Shown one piece after another: positions 52,021-64,000 of a stretch of DNA of 64,000 nt (position 1 is its first letter; each line of letters begins with the position of its first letter). This DNA is from Octopus sinensis (Eukaryota). A model generated the notes under the pieces. It was given only the letters and a program-made list of their open reading frames with translations, did not search any database and had not been told where the DNA came from. The stretch covers positions 123,876,001-123,940,000 of the forward strand of contig NC_043001.1 of NCBI RefSeq assembly GCF_006345805.1, read 5' to 3'. The translations under genes were made by a program, and so were the position numbers.

Positions 52021-52954
52021 TATGTCAGCATCATAACGAACAATAACTTTTAGTTGACTGCCCACACGGAGTCCATAGTGATAATGAGTGTTTCTTAAAA
52101 TATTCCGTTATAAGCAGTGACCTCAAAATTGGTTGGATGGAGAATATTCTAAAAAGTTCAAGAGTTCAAAAATGGATGGAAGGGGAAAGTTCTAAGATTA
52201 GGAAGGTGACAGAGTGCAAGTCGTATGTATGGGGGTGCGTTGTTGTTTGCTTTTGCTAATGAGATTGAGTGCCTATATGTGTGTATGTATATATACTGCA
52301 TTCGTGTCTATGTGTGTGTTTGTGTGTGCCTGATTGAGTGTGTGAGGGGATAAATGCCAAATACATATAGTGGTGAAGTGACAGGTTTGTGTCTGTGTGT
52401 TTGATTGTACTTATGATAGAGAGAGGGAGACAGAGAGAGGAGGAGAGGTAGAGAGACAAAGGTAAAACATATCCCAACGAAATTTGGTAGTAGGCCTTCA
52501 TGTAACGGGGTATAAAAAATGTGTCTATGGTGCTGTTGTAGGAGTGGAACCAAATTATTAAATTCAAGGAGGTTATCTATATTAATCCTCATTCAAATGA
52601 GTGGAAGGTGTGATTCTGCCAGTGCATGCGCCTATAGGATTTTTCTGCCATTGTGTTTACCAAAGGGAATTTGGTGAAAAGTATATAGAAAAGCTCGGAA
52701 TTACAGACGCCACAATGTTTTCTGCTCTTATCAAAAGGAAAGGATACAGACAATATGGACCATTCCAGCTTGAAAGTTATATTGCTGTCCTTTTTTTAAC
52801 CTTTTTGAACTCTTGAACTTTTTAGAATATTCTCCATCCAACCAATTTTGAGGTCACTGCTTATAACGGAATATTTTAAAGAAACACTCATTATCACTAT
52901 AGACTCCGTGTGGGCAGTCATCTAAAAGTTTTTGTTCGTCATGATGCTGACATA

Positions 52955-53057
52955 AGTTCCTTGTCTTTCCTGATGAGAAGGCGGCATAATGCATCCTTTA
53001 TTCCTTCGGAATTAAGAATATGCAGTCTTCGAAACATATGTCGAGAATAAAGGAATT
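52955..53057 (+). ncRNA. Type I hammerhead ribozyme (right arm)
   Basis: Core CTGATGA 52970-52976; stem II 11 of 12 pairs; GAAA 53031-53034; palindromic ACATATGT stem III; GTC cut predicted after 53042; distal stem I TTCCTT/AAGGAA. Confidence 0.85.
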
Positions 53058-53226
53058 TTGTTAAATCGTCGTTCGACTCCATTCTCTCATTTATTTATAG
53101 TAAAAAAACACACAAATTTCCACACGAAAGCATGTGATTTCTGCCCCTGGCATGTAGCTTCAACCGTGTTTTCCGACGTAAATATGCTACCCGGGTATCG
53201 GTTAACCGAATTATCCATACTAGGAC

Positions 53227-53274
53227 AATTCACTCAACTACTTATATATATATGTATATATATACTATATATAT

Positions 53275-53306
<32 letters not shown>

Positions 53307-53353
53307 ATATATATATATATATATACATATATATATAAGTAGTTGAGTGAATT
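53227..53353. repeat. ~127-bp near-palindrome centred on (TA)n
   Basis: AATTCACTCAACTACT and AGTAGTTGAGTGAATT arms; the G interruption in the TA tract is mirrored. Confidence 0.92.
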
Positions 53354-53379
53354 ATATATGTGTGTGTGTGTGTGTGTAT

Positions 53380-53553
53380 ATATATACGACAGGCTTCTTT
53401 CAGTTTCCGTCTACCAAATCCACTCACAAGGTATTGGTCGGCCCGGGCCTATAGCAGAATGCACTTGCCCAAGATGCCACGCAGTGGGACTGAACCCGGA
53501 ACCATGTGGTTGGTTAGCAAGCTACTTACCACACGGTTACTCCTGCGCCTATA
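53380..53553 (-). mobile_element. SINE family A, 5' half
   Basis: Head ATAGGCGCAGGAGTAACCGTGTGGTAAGTAGCTTGCTAACC. Confidence 0.9.
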
Positions 53554-53759
53554 AATGTGCACATTTATAAACACAAAAGTGTGAAAAACTTTGTATGTTT
53601 GCGATTGTGTAACTTCATATTAAATCAATGTACTCTGCAAAGCAACTACAAAACATATCTCGCTGTCGACACACGATTTCACATAAAGAATGAAGTATAC
53701 CTACATACATGTCGATATCCAGATATATTCTATAGTTCTCTCTTTCTGTCGCTCTCTCC

Positions 53760-53806
<47 letters not shown>

Positions 53807-54461
53807 GAGAGAGAGAGAGAACAATAAAACATATTTGCATGTGCACATGTATGTGCATATGCACACACACACACATATATATATACATATATGTATGGGG
53901 CCACTACTATTTTCGTGGTCCTCTCAGACATGCCCTTCGCAGTAAAGACATGCTCTTCGAAGTGTGTGTGTGTGTTTTTGTATGTATGCATATGATAATA
54001 GAACATATGAATCAATTGATAAACAAGGTGTTGTGGCGCTCCATTCCACAACACTGGTGTTAACTTTACCTTCTCCACTCGTCTGCCCATTTTATCTATT
54101 TTACCGCAGTTCATTCCTCCTATGTCATAGAAATGCAACCCATCTCCCCAGGTTTTGCTTTTATTCTTCTTACTCTTATTCATCAAATTTTAAAACTCTG
54201 AGGCTATTATATGAACTGTTTTCGTCAATTTTCTTTTGGTGAAGGATGCCGGACTAATGATAAGATCTCCACGCAACAGTTTACTGGTTGCATACCCAAA
54301 ACCGTTTGCACCATCTAGCTACAAATTATGAGGAAAATCTGAGCTACGTGAAACAACTGTCGAGTTAAAAAATTATGTATTTCTTTCTTAGTATTCTGTA
54401 CATTATATTTCCTATGCAAATATGTTTGCGAGTGTATATACATTTGTATATACATATATGC

Positions 54462-54517
<56 letters not shown>

Positions 54518-54559
54518 GTATGTTTGTATGTATGTATGTATGTATGTACATATGTGCGT

Positions 54560-54590
<31 letters not shown>

Positions 54591-54732
54591 TGTATGAATG
54601 AATATGATTAAATCATTTGTGTACAACTTTTGACTTGCAATATCTCATATAGTGTAGATTTATCATTTTGAACACACACACACAAGCACACGCATACACG
54701 CACACACACATGCACGCACACTCACACACCCG

Positions 54733-54763
<31 letters not shown>

Positions 54764-55944
54764 TATATATACATACATGTATTTATACATATATATACTA
54801 CATACACTCACACACATATATGAAGAGGGCGAGTAATATATTGTTACCAATATGCTAGGCTTGAATAGAGATTATTACATTGTAATGTAAGGTCATAAAG
54901 GAAATGATATCGTTAACAAGGAATCATTAACAAAGCATAAATATATATAGACTTACGTACACACACACACATACATATATCATGTGTGCATATCATATGT
55001 ATGCACACATGATGTATTTGTGAGTGTGTTGGTGTAAGGGGAGTTGTCCTAACACCAGTAAAAGTGTGAACTTTGGCCATTTAACCAATATATATCATTG
55101 TTCCTACTGATACACTTTGATCGCACTTAATAAAGTACCGGAAATTCTTCGAAATTCAATATCACTTGTCACGTCTTCACCGTATTAAATCAACTTGCGA
55201 AACACCTGTTACTATCAAGTATTCCTTCACACACCTATGTTTCTGCCTGTAGATAATATCGCATCCACTCTTGGCCATTCTTAATTATTAATTCCTAATT
55301 ACGTTTCCGTAATATACGATGTTGAAAATCTTCGTATTTAATCGTAATATTGTATTTTGTTATTGTCTCCTACTAATCATGGAGGAAAGCCGCATAACAT
55401 ATTTCTGTTCTATGCCCCACTAATATTCTTCGACCAACTCAAGATGCATCCCCCATCAGTCAAAACTGACCGTATTTCTGTCCATGAAAGTGCAAGATTA
55501 TTCTAAGAAGACTGGCAGTATTCTATAGATGCAAGGTTCACTTCTCCACATCACCTCTGTTTCTGTGAAGAAAAAAACCGCCGTCATGCAACTATACAGC
55601 TTCATACCTGCGTCATCATAGCCTTTACCGTGAGAATGCAAAAACCAGGGCACATCCGGCAAGATTTCCTACTTCGCCTTCTCAAAGTTCCGGCAATCCA
55701 CAGCCTTGGATTTGTGCATTTTATCCATTCTGAAATGATGAAATTGAGCCCGGTGGTATTTGAACTCATAGCGTAGAGAGTTGAAGGATTCTACCCGATT
55801 CTCTTAAAATTATACCAGTTAAATGTGTTTATATGCAATCCAATGATAGGTCTCTGAGGCCGGCCAATCAGCAAGAAATACTAGACTATGTCTTTCATTT
55901 CACTCTCTAGTGCCTAAAAATAAAATAAATGAATAAATAAATAA

Positions 55945-56150
55945 ATGGCACTACGTCGGTTACGACGACGAGGGTTTTAGTTAATCCGATCAACGGTACA
56001 GCCTGCACGTGAAATTAACGTTCTTGTGGCTGAGCACTCCACAAACACGTGTGCCCTTAGTGTCTTGTTGAAGGAGACAACGTGTCGCCAGGAACTGAAC
56101 TCACGATCTTGCAATGGTGAGTCGAATATCCTAAGTACTAAGCCATTCGT
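55945..56150 (-). mobile_element. Internally deleted SINE D-like copy
   Basis: CGTCGGTTACGACGACGAGGG tail plus a degraded head. Confidence 0.75.
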
Positions 56151-56838
56151 TTTCACTAAAGAAAAAAACATAATGTTGTCAAATAAGATTGAGTAATGGG
56201 GTTCGTATTAATGCAATTGGGATTATTTTTACTTAAATATGGCAGATTTAAGAGTAAGCATTAACAGCAACAATAACATCAAAATCAACAAGATTGTGTT
56301 TACACTAATTGAATGACACAGCTTGCTGTGTTAAATTGCCAGTTGAAGGAAAGAGTCAAACGCAATGGCGCCATCTACATTTCTGTTTTTATGAAAATAC
56401 TCCTAGCAAGATATGGATCACACACACTCTCCCACAAAAAGAAAAAACACTTAAAAATATGTACCTCTGCCCTCACACAGTGCTGCAAGACAAATGATGG
56501 AACAAGTAGTGCTGTAACGCCTTAAGTTATATATCTCTTAATCAAGCCTGAGCTAGGGCTAAACATTAATAAAAACAATGGCTGTTGACAGAAGCAACAT
56601 TGCACTATTTCGTACACAGTCTCCGTTCACTTCTTTATACAAATTAGTCATATTTCTTCTTACAAGTACTTTCTGTGCTCGTCTTCCAATTGAAAATGAT
56701 GTGATGAAACGTATATTTCCTGGTCACTCCATCGCAGTTTGTATTGTGATACGAGGTGGACATTAGAATAAATTAATTATGTCAGCAAAGGAAAACATTT
56801 CAGTAAATTTCAGCATCGCACGTAATGTGTAGGCACTC

Positions 56839-57072
56839 GAAGGCGGCGAGCTGGCAGAATCGTTAGCACGCCGGGCGAAATGCGTAGCCGTATTTCGTCT
56901 GCCGCTACGGTCTGAGTTCAAATTCCGCCGAGGTGGACTTTGCCTTTCATCCTTTCGGGATCGATAAATTAAGTACCAGTTACGCACTGGGGTCGATATA
57001 ATCGACTTAATCCCTTTGTCTGTCCTTGTTTGTCCCCTCTATGTTTAGCTCCTTGTGGGCAATAAAGAAATA
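56839..57072 (+). mobile_element. SINE family B, full length
   Basis: GAAGGCGGCGAGCTGGCAG...AATAAAGAAATA. Confidence 0.93.
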
Positions 57073-57275
57073 AGAATCGTTAGCACAGTGGTCAAAATGT
57101 TTAGCTGCATTTCGTCCATCTTTACGTTCTGAGTTCGAATTCTGCCGAGTTCAACTTTACCTTACACGCTTTCAGGATCGCTAAAATAAGCATCAGTTGA
57201 GCACGGGTCGATGTAATCGACTTACCCACTCTCCCGAAATTACTGGCCCTGTGCCAAAATTTGAAACCGATATTT
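57073..57275 (+). mobile_element. SINE B-related subfamily copy with a different tail
   Basis: GAATCGTTAGCAC...GAGTTCGAATTCTGCC...GTGCCAAAATTTGAAACC. Confidence 0.7.
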
Positions 57276-57332
57276 AGGCATTCATAAATTGGACAATTAT
57301 ATTTTCCCGTTGTTGCCAAATAAATTTATATA

Positions 57333-57748
57333 TATTTCTTTACTACCCACAATGGGCTAAACACAGAGGGGACAAACAAGGACAGACAAACGGATTAAGT
57401 CGATTACATCGACCTCAGTGCGTAACAGGTACTTAATTTATCGACCCCGAAAGGATGAAAGGCAAAGTCGACCTCGGCGGAAATTGAACTCAGAACGTAA
57501 CGGCAGACGAAATACCAATTTCTTTATTACCCACAAAGGGCTAAACACAGAGAGGACAAACAAGGACAGACATAGGTATTAAGTCGATTACATCGACCCC
57601 AGTGCGTAACTGGCACTTAATTTATCGACCCCGAAGGATGAAAGGCAAAGCCGACCTCGGCGGAATTTGAACTCAGAACGTAACGGCAGACGAAATACGG
57701 CTACTCATTTCGCCCGGCGTGCTAATTTTTCTGCCAGCTCGCCGCCTT
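57333..57748 (-). mobile_element. Tandem dimer of SINE family B (full copy 57517-57748 plus 5'-truncated copy 57333-57516)
   Basis: Two family B tails in tandem; flanks TTGCCAAATAAAT (57313-57325) and TTGCCAAAGAAAT (57749-57761). Confidence 0.9.
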
Positions 57749-60231
57749 TTGCCAAAGAAATGTATACAGTCGTTAGAGTGTCGGATAGAATACATCGCGG
57801 TATTCATTCTGAGTCACTGCTTTGTGAGTTCAAATCTCACCGAGGCGAAATTTGACTTTCATCGTTTCGAGAACGTTAAAATATTACCTATTCTAAATTT
57901 ATCGTACAATCTACATTTAGTCTTTGCATTCTGACTTCAAATATTCCCATTGTCCACATGGGTGGTAGACATAATCTCTAATGCAGTATAACACAACCAT
58001 CTGAGACCTTGAATTCGTTTGGAAGAATCCACTGTCTGTAAGCACTTGAGCAAAATCTCTCGTTTGAATATACCGTCATCCCACAGGAGGTTCTGCAAAT
58101 TGTTATGCTCATTGTCTTTCCTTCTTGACAGCATGATTAAAACCCACAACTGAATTTTGTAGCTATGGTATAGAAAATGATTTTGATTTCTTTGAAAATG
58201 GATTACATATTGCTGCAGAACCCTTACAAAGTTTTCCAAAAATTTCACAGAATCCTATTAAAAGTAATAAAAATTATTTCAAAGAAAGATTTTATTAATA
58301 TTGAAACAATATATTATTTTAAGAAAGGTGAACACTATATTTCATTAAATAAATGTTAATGGAATTTTAATAAAAGAACTGCATAATATTCTCACTGAAC
58401 CCAGTTTTAGAAAGCTTGCGTATAGGAAAATATGTAATCCATAATATAATTTATGATAATACGTGGTTTTGTTTGTAAGTAAGCTGAATTGTGTTGGCTT
58501 TTAGCGATTGTTTTAATTTTTTTTTATACGCACTCACATTATAAAGATTTTTACCCTGGAACCTAATTGGCATTTGTATTCCAATCAGAGAAACATTGAA
58601 TATCACGCACCTCATTAGACTGTACTGAAGGATTTGTTTCGCCTTTGTTTGCAAGATGCTGTTTCTGATTTGTCATGTACTGGAGGGTTTAATAAAGCTG
58701 AGATTCTTTTATATTTACATTTCCAATTGGAGATATAATTAATCTATACAAAACGACATGTCGTTTCGCTGCTTTGCACTATCCATGTATTTGTGGAAAC
58801 CAAGATTATAAACCAATATGAACTATCTAATTAGTTTCTCAGAATTCTTTGTGGCAGACAGAACTCACATTAGTAAGTTCATGCTGGTGAAAAGCGTATG
58901 TATATGTGTCAGAATTTTGTGAACGGATGTCGTAAAATATATGTGCGTATTCTTTAGAATCATTACATGTCTCCCATAGACAAACGATTCTGTCGGGAAA
59001 ATCAGCTATATTTTTATGGGCTTTATATATTTATTGCATTCGTGTAATATAAGTAACATTTCATTGATTAATTGACTGTTAAAATATTCAATGGAATACG
59101 AGATGGATTCCATTTTGATAACTAAATTGTCCTTATGATTCTGTGGGGTTAATTCTGAAAACAGTTTACAGCTTTATCGATATAATCTAAATAGGATCCA
59201 GCTAACCATTGTTTTTGAAATCTGCGAATCACGTATTTCTGCGTGTGATTATTTTGGTCTATTTCCCAGCACAATAAAAGTAGTATTGTTTCCAATCACT
59301 CGACAAATAAGATTTTCGACGGTGCAGTTCGTTCGTCATGTCTTAATTAATGATAGAGAAACACTGAAATAGTTCCTAGTATTAAACCTGTTTTTGTGTG
59401 TGTTTTCATATGAAAGAATAAGTTATATATGACGTCTTATATAAACGAACGACTGCAAACATTGGGTAAATGTGAGAAAATTATTTAGGAATTGGGCTAG
59501 CACTTGTAATGTAAAAGCAGTAATCTCTGTATAATGAATAGCCGATATAAATGTTAGCTGGTCGCTTTCTCCAGTCACGCTTTACATCGTATTGAGTGAG
59601 AAAGATAACGAGGAAAATAGGGATACAGAAAGAGTTAACGTCAGAAATTAAAGAAATTAAAGCAATGCTCAAATTGAAGGCATCTAAAGAGTTCATAAAG
59701 ATGAGACAAGCTACGTAGTTGACACACACTAAATAGGTGATGACGCATACAAGCACACGCTTACATAGGAGACATATTTAGAAAGCAAAGGGGATATACA
59801 GAAATAATTAATACATGAGACGCACGATGCGTGTCATGTAACTTTATGAAGAATACACATTTGTATATGCAAAGCAGGAATAGAAGGTTGCGATTATATT
59901 AATAAAAATTAGAGAAAAAAAACTATGTTTATAGCGAATATACAAATTAGAAATTTTTTCTATTAATTGTATTTAAGGCAATAAAAATTTTCGTTTTGAA
60001 AATTAATGTCCATTTCAACATTTTGTACAAGTCAGTGAGAAACTTGGTAAAATTCAAATCATAATTTATGCATGTAGGCCATATTTTCTGATACCACTCA
60101 TGGAAGGAAAACTATACTTCAAATTTTACCCGTCATATGACGTAAGGATAACGTATTTTCTATATTTCATGTACGGGTGTAGATTATATATTCATATTAT
60201 TACGTGTACATAAACACACACGCATATAGAT

Positions 60232-60273
<42 letters not shown>

Positions 60274-60410
60274 ATATATATGTGTGTGTGTGTGTGTACT
60301 CGCATCAACAAACAGAAACACACATGTATTCACCCACTTCATATTCATACATACATACATTCATACACACATACATACATACATACATAGATACAAACAT
60401 ATATACATAC

Positions 60411-60478
<68 letters not shown>

Positions 60479-60490
60479 GATAGATAGATA

Positions 60491-60521
<31 letters not shown>

Positions 60522-61483
60522 TAGATATAGATATAGATATATATACATACATAATTAAGATTCAGTTGAATTAGGTACTTAAATCGAGGCACCAACCCAG
60601 TTCGGTATAGTCCACGCAACTCGAAGTTAGATTTAGAAAAGCAAATAAGTAACAATGATGTCCAGTTATCAATGCATTACGGCCGTTTCAAGTGCCTTCG
60701 TTTAATCGATCATTGCAAAATTTACATAAATTTGAAAGCAACCATTCTTCTCAAGTGCAGACGACCATATAGAATTCCAATATAAAGGATAAACCATTTT
60801 TAGCAAAATTTACATCAGTACTAGAAGCCAAAACACTTACATCTCTTTGCTTTGCTATGCTTGTGGCAGCATGAAATTATGGGAAAATATATTTCTAAAG
60901 CCTGTTATCATTTAGAGAGGAGCAGAGAAGAATATTGGGGATCAAAAAAAAAAAGAAAAAAAAGGAATGGTCTCATAGTTAATTTATATTTATCTTTATT
61001 TTATTTATAAGATTTTATGCAGCATAAATTCTAAAACCTTTTAGAGTTAAATCAATTGGGTGTTGACAGTTAAGTTGCAGTTGTTGGTGATGAATTAATT
61101 AATGTCAGATGCTCTCCTCGGCCATTATTTTACTGACTACATAGTTTATATTAAATCAAAACCAGGATTATTTTCCTCATTACAAGACTGTAAGTATAAG
61201 ATATCTAAATATAGAATGGACTGTAAGGGGTAATTAAATTAGAGGTGTGCTAACTCTATAATATAGTACAAGCGGAGGCAAAAATTAAGCCGATGTGGGC
61301 ATGTAGCTACTTCTTGAATATTACAAGCTAAAAAAATGAAAATAGTATTTTTTATCGAGTAATCTGATATAAAAGAACATTGAAAATATTTTTTTTATAT
61401 GAAATATTACCATCGTTATGAAGAAATCATGAAAGGATATAAAAATGTATGAAAATACCAAAAACACACACACACACACACAT

Positions 61484-61520
<37 letters not shown>

Positions 61521-61538
61521 AACATACACACCCACACA

Positions 61539-61581
<43 letters not shown>

Positions 61582-62313
61582 CACATATATATACATAAGA
61601 ACATTTTATAAAGTTTATCAAACATATAGTGCAATTATAAATATATATAAATACCATATTGTATTATATTTTACAGTGAGTTTTACGAAATAATAAAACA
61701 CTCTACAATCTGTAATATGTATGTATGTATGTATGTAGTATGTATGTATGTATGTATGTATGTATGTATGTATGTATGCATAGTTTTCGTTCTGTTCTCT
61801 TAGAAACAATTACTAGAGCACAGAATGAAATGTGATTTGTCGGTGATACAAATATAATTAAACGGATTGAATAAAGAATGCACTAAATAAATGCATTAAA
61901 TTAAATTGTGACCTGTTTTATGTTCTTGCATAGTATAAAAGATATAAATGTGTGTGCCTGAATGTGTGCACGTATCTGTAATTCAATGTGTGTAGCTGTA
62001 TCCACACTGGGAAGATGTTGGGTATAAAGATATGTAGAGAAGAAAATAGCGTATTTGAGAGGAAGGAAAGGATGAACAATAGGGTAAGATTAGCAGTTCA
62101 AAGAGTTCGCGACATAAAAATAAACAGTTTTAATATATAAATATGGGTAATAATTTCGAAGAAGTTAGTCAAATAGAAGCTCTCAAATCGTTTAGACTAA
62201 TAATTTAAGGATAAAAATTATATATACATACGTTTATGAATTTGTGTTACAAGACTCAATGTGAAATCGTGTCTTGAAACAGATATTGTTTTATTTCGGG
62301 ATGTTGGTCATTA

Positions 62314-62656
62314 TTTTTTTGCCAAATAAACACACGCGGTATATATTCGTTCTTCACTCGTTTATTTCTGTGCTTATTCTAACTCATGTCCATTGCCCAG
62401 AAATCTTTCGTCACACATATATGACCTCTTCAGCGACACACACTTTCCGTTTTCGTGTGTGCTCTTGCCCCACTTATTTCATTTTCATATTTCATGAAAT
62501 GACTGGAGCAAGAGCACTCACGAAGATAGAAAGTGTCGCTGAAGCGGTTACAGATATGTGACAAAAGATTTCCGGAGGATGGACACGAGTTAGAATAAGA
62601 ACAGTAATAAACGAGTAAAGAACGAAGATATAGTGTATGTTTATTTGGCAAAAAAA
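62314..62656. mobile_element. Fold-back MITE-like element
   Basis: The whole ~340 bp is an imperfect palindrome, from T7-GCCAAATAAAC to GTTTATTTGGC-An, centre near 62488. Confidence 0.8.
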
Positions 62657-63519
62657 AAAAAAAAAAACGAATACACACACAGACACACATTGCATACGCA
62701 CATAATTATTATTTGGATGAAAATGAACCTGTATCTAGTTAAATGAGTTATCATATATTAAAGATTAGACAAAATGATACAAGAAAACGTGTATATGATA
62801 AGATTTATATATCAGAAATATCTTAAAATTAATGATAGAACAAAGATGTCTTAATTACGGAGCGGTTGTTTACATGCAAATGTTTTTGTCTGGTCATTGG
62901 TTTAAAGGTAATATAGTTATGTTATGAAAGTCGTAAAAGATGAGAATGTAGTAGAAATCATTACATTAAGTGAAAGTGAATTTAGCTCCGCTATATATTG
63001 TAAATCACTTAGTGTGGTTAGAAAGCAATGCAATTGTAAAATGGAAATAATGAAAATAATTCCAGAAACTATGTGGAGAAAGGATAATAATTATCGTATG
63101 TACTAGTTCTTAGGAAGTAAACATTTATAAAATATAAATATTTTAGTATTTAAGATGACTACGAGTAAAGGAATCGGTTTAGATCTATGAAATAAGTAAA
63201 GTAAAGTGCAAAATAAGTGAATATAAAATGAATATATATAAAAGATATAAATTATTTAAAGTGTTTCTATTTATAAATCGATCTAAATGTTTTCATTAAA
63301 TACTAAAACAATGTTATATATCAGGTTTAAATTTGATTATGGTATTACGCAATATAAGAGTGTTACAATACATTTAAGTACAGTGCTGGAGAAAAAAAAA
63401 AATGTTCTAGTATATTTGTCGTTAATTGCGTGATCCACAAACGATTCCTAGGTTGAAATGGATGATAAATATCATTGGCAAAATTACGCGGTTAAGAAAT
63501 TAACATATCTGAAATATTG

Positions 63520-63718
63520 GTATAAGGCCAACATTTTCGCAGAAGGGATGAGTCGATTACATCGACCCCAGTCTTCGACTAGTACTTATTATGTTGACCT
63601 CAAAAGGAGGACAGGCAAAGTCGACCTCGTTCGGATTTTGTTCTCAGAACATGGAGAAGGTCGAAATGTCGTTAAGCGCCCGAACTGCCATGCTAACGAT
63701 TCTGCTAGCTCGCCGACT
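63520..63718 (-). mobile_element. Degraded SINE B-related copy
   Basis: GTCGATTACATCGACCCCAG, GGCAAAGTCGACCTCG and TTCTGCTAGCTCGCC. Confidence 0.75.
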
Positions 63719-64000
63719 TATAAGCAGGTCTTTTACATTGATGAGTAATTCTAATGAAACTAATAATAAAAAAGGACTAAAAAGAGCTGGAAGTATATTT
63801 TATAGATTTCAGAGGTACAAATTAGACATGGATTCAATGTTCGTTTCTGTAACTTTTATTATATGTAAGCGCGGATATAGTTTTTGGTAGATATTATGTT
63901 TGATTTCACAGAATCCTGAGTGATCACATAAATCTATCTTCCTAATCACTAGGATATTAATATGTATACATATACATACATCAACACACACACACACACA

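Larger units (their letters stand above)
51881..53094. mobile_element. Fold-back unit of two inverted ~292-bp PLE-type pseudo-LTRs around a 629-bp spacer
   Basis: Arms 51881-52172 and 52802-53094, about 8 differences counted by eye; each arm carries a hammerhead. Confidence 0.9.

Noticed and set aside
53195-53225. TCGGTTAACCGA followed by CTAG as a Helitron end
   Set aside because: Weak AT-loop hairpin, and CTAG is followed by G rather than T.
12751-57748. SINE heads as tRNA genes
   Set aside because: A and B boxes are present, but there is no complete cloverleaf and each continues into SINE body sequence.
57937-58248. Possible Sushi/CCP or neuropeptide-like reading
   Set aside because: Requires stops and frameshifts, and the Cys/Trp spacing does not fit.
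59481-59756. Hydrophobic ORF resembling GPCR TM7/helix 8
   Set aside because: No NPxxY or equivalent motif; explained by pyrimidine-rich sequence.
62400-62440. CTGAAGA-G-GTCA...TGAC-GAAA in the MITE arm
   Set aside because: Stem I has only about 3 weak pairs and the other arm breaks both core motifs; likely chance.
192-63997. Numerous 60-210 aa ORFs rich in YI, HT, CV or F/S/L
   Set aside because: They are read-throughs of TA, CA, TACA or GAA microsatellites and of SINEs, with no coding signal.

Overview
AT-rich, microsatellite-dense animal genomic DNA. The SINE families and repeat landscape look like Octopus or another coleoid cephalopod (inference). No host protein-coding gene can be called with confidence; the window is mostly layered mobile elements. 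These are: (1) a near-intact full-length Tx1-clade non-LTR retrotransposon (21031-26474, minus) inserted with a 12-bp TSD into the tRNA-derived head of a SINE, whose 3' end shares a 26-nt identical block and a terminal stem-loop with a second, abundant SINE family; (2) several Penelope-like element (PLE) remnants, with type I hammerhead ribozyme (HHR) motifs that include a 1.2-kb fold-back unit carrying two outward-facing ribozymes; (3) a decayed R4/Dong element next to a (TAA)n tract; (4) two full-length mariner copies sharing inactivating lesions, plus two Tc1 fragments; (5) a Helitron-type 3' end and a fold-back MITE; (6) at least four modular tRNA-SINE families; (7) a 42-bp minisatellite, a 0.77-kb purine tract, perfect palindromes, a 577-bp tandem duplication, and a probable false duplication around a 100-N gap. 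Most short ORFs in the track are microsatellite read-throughs. All alignments and RNA folds were done by eye.
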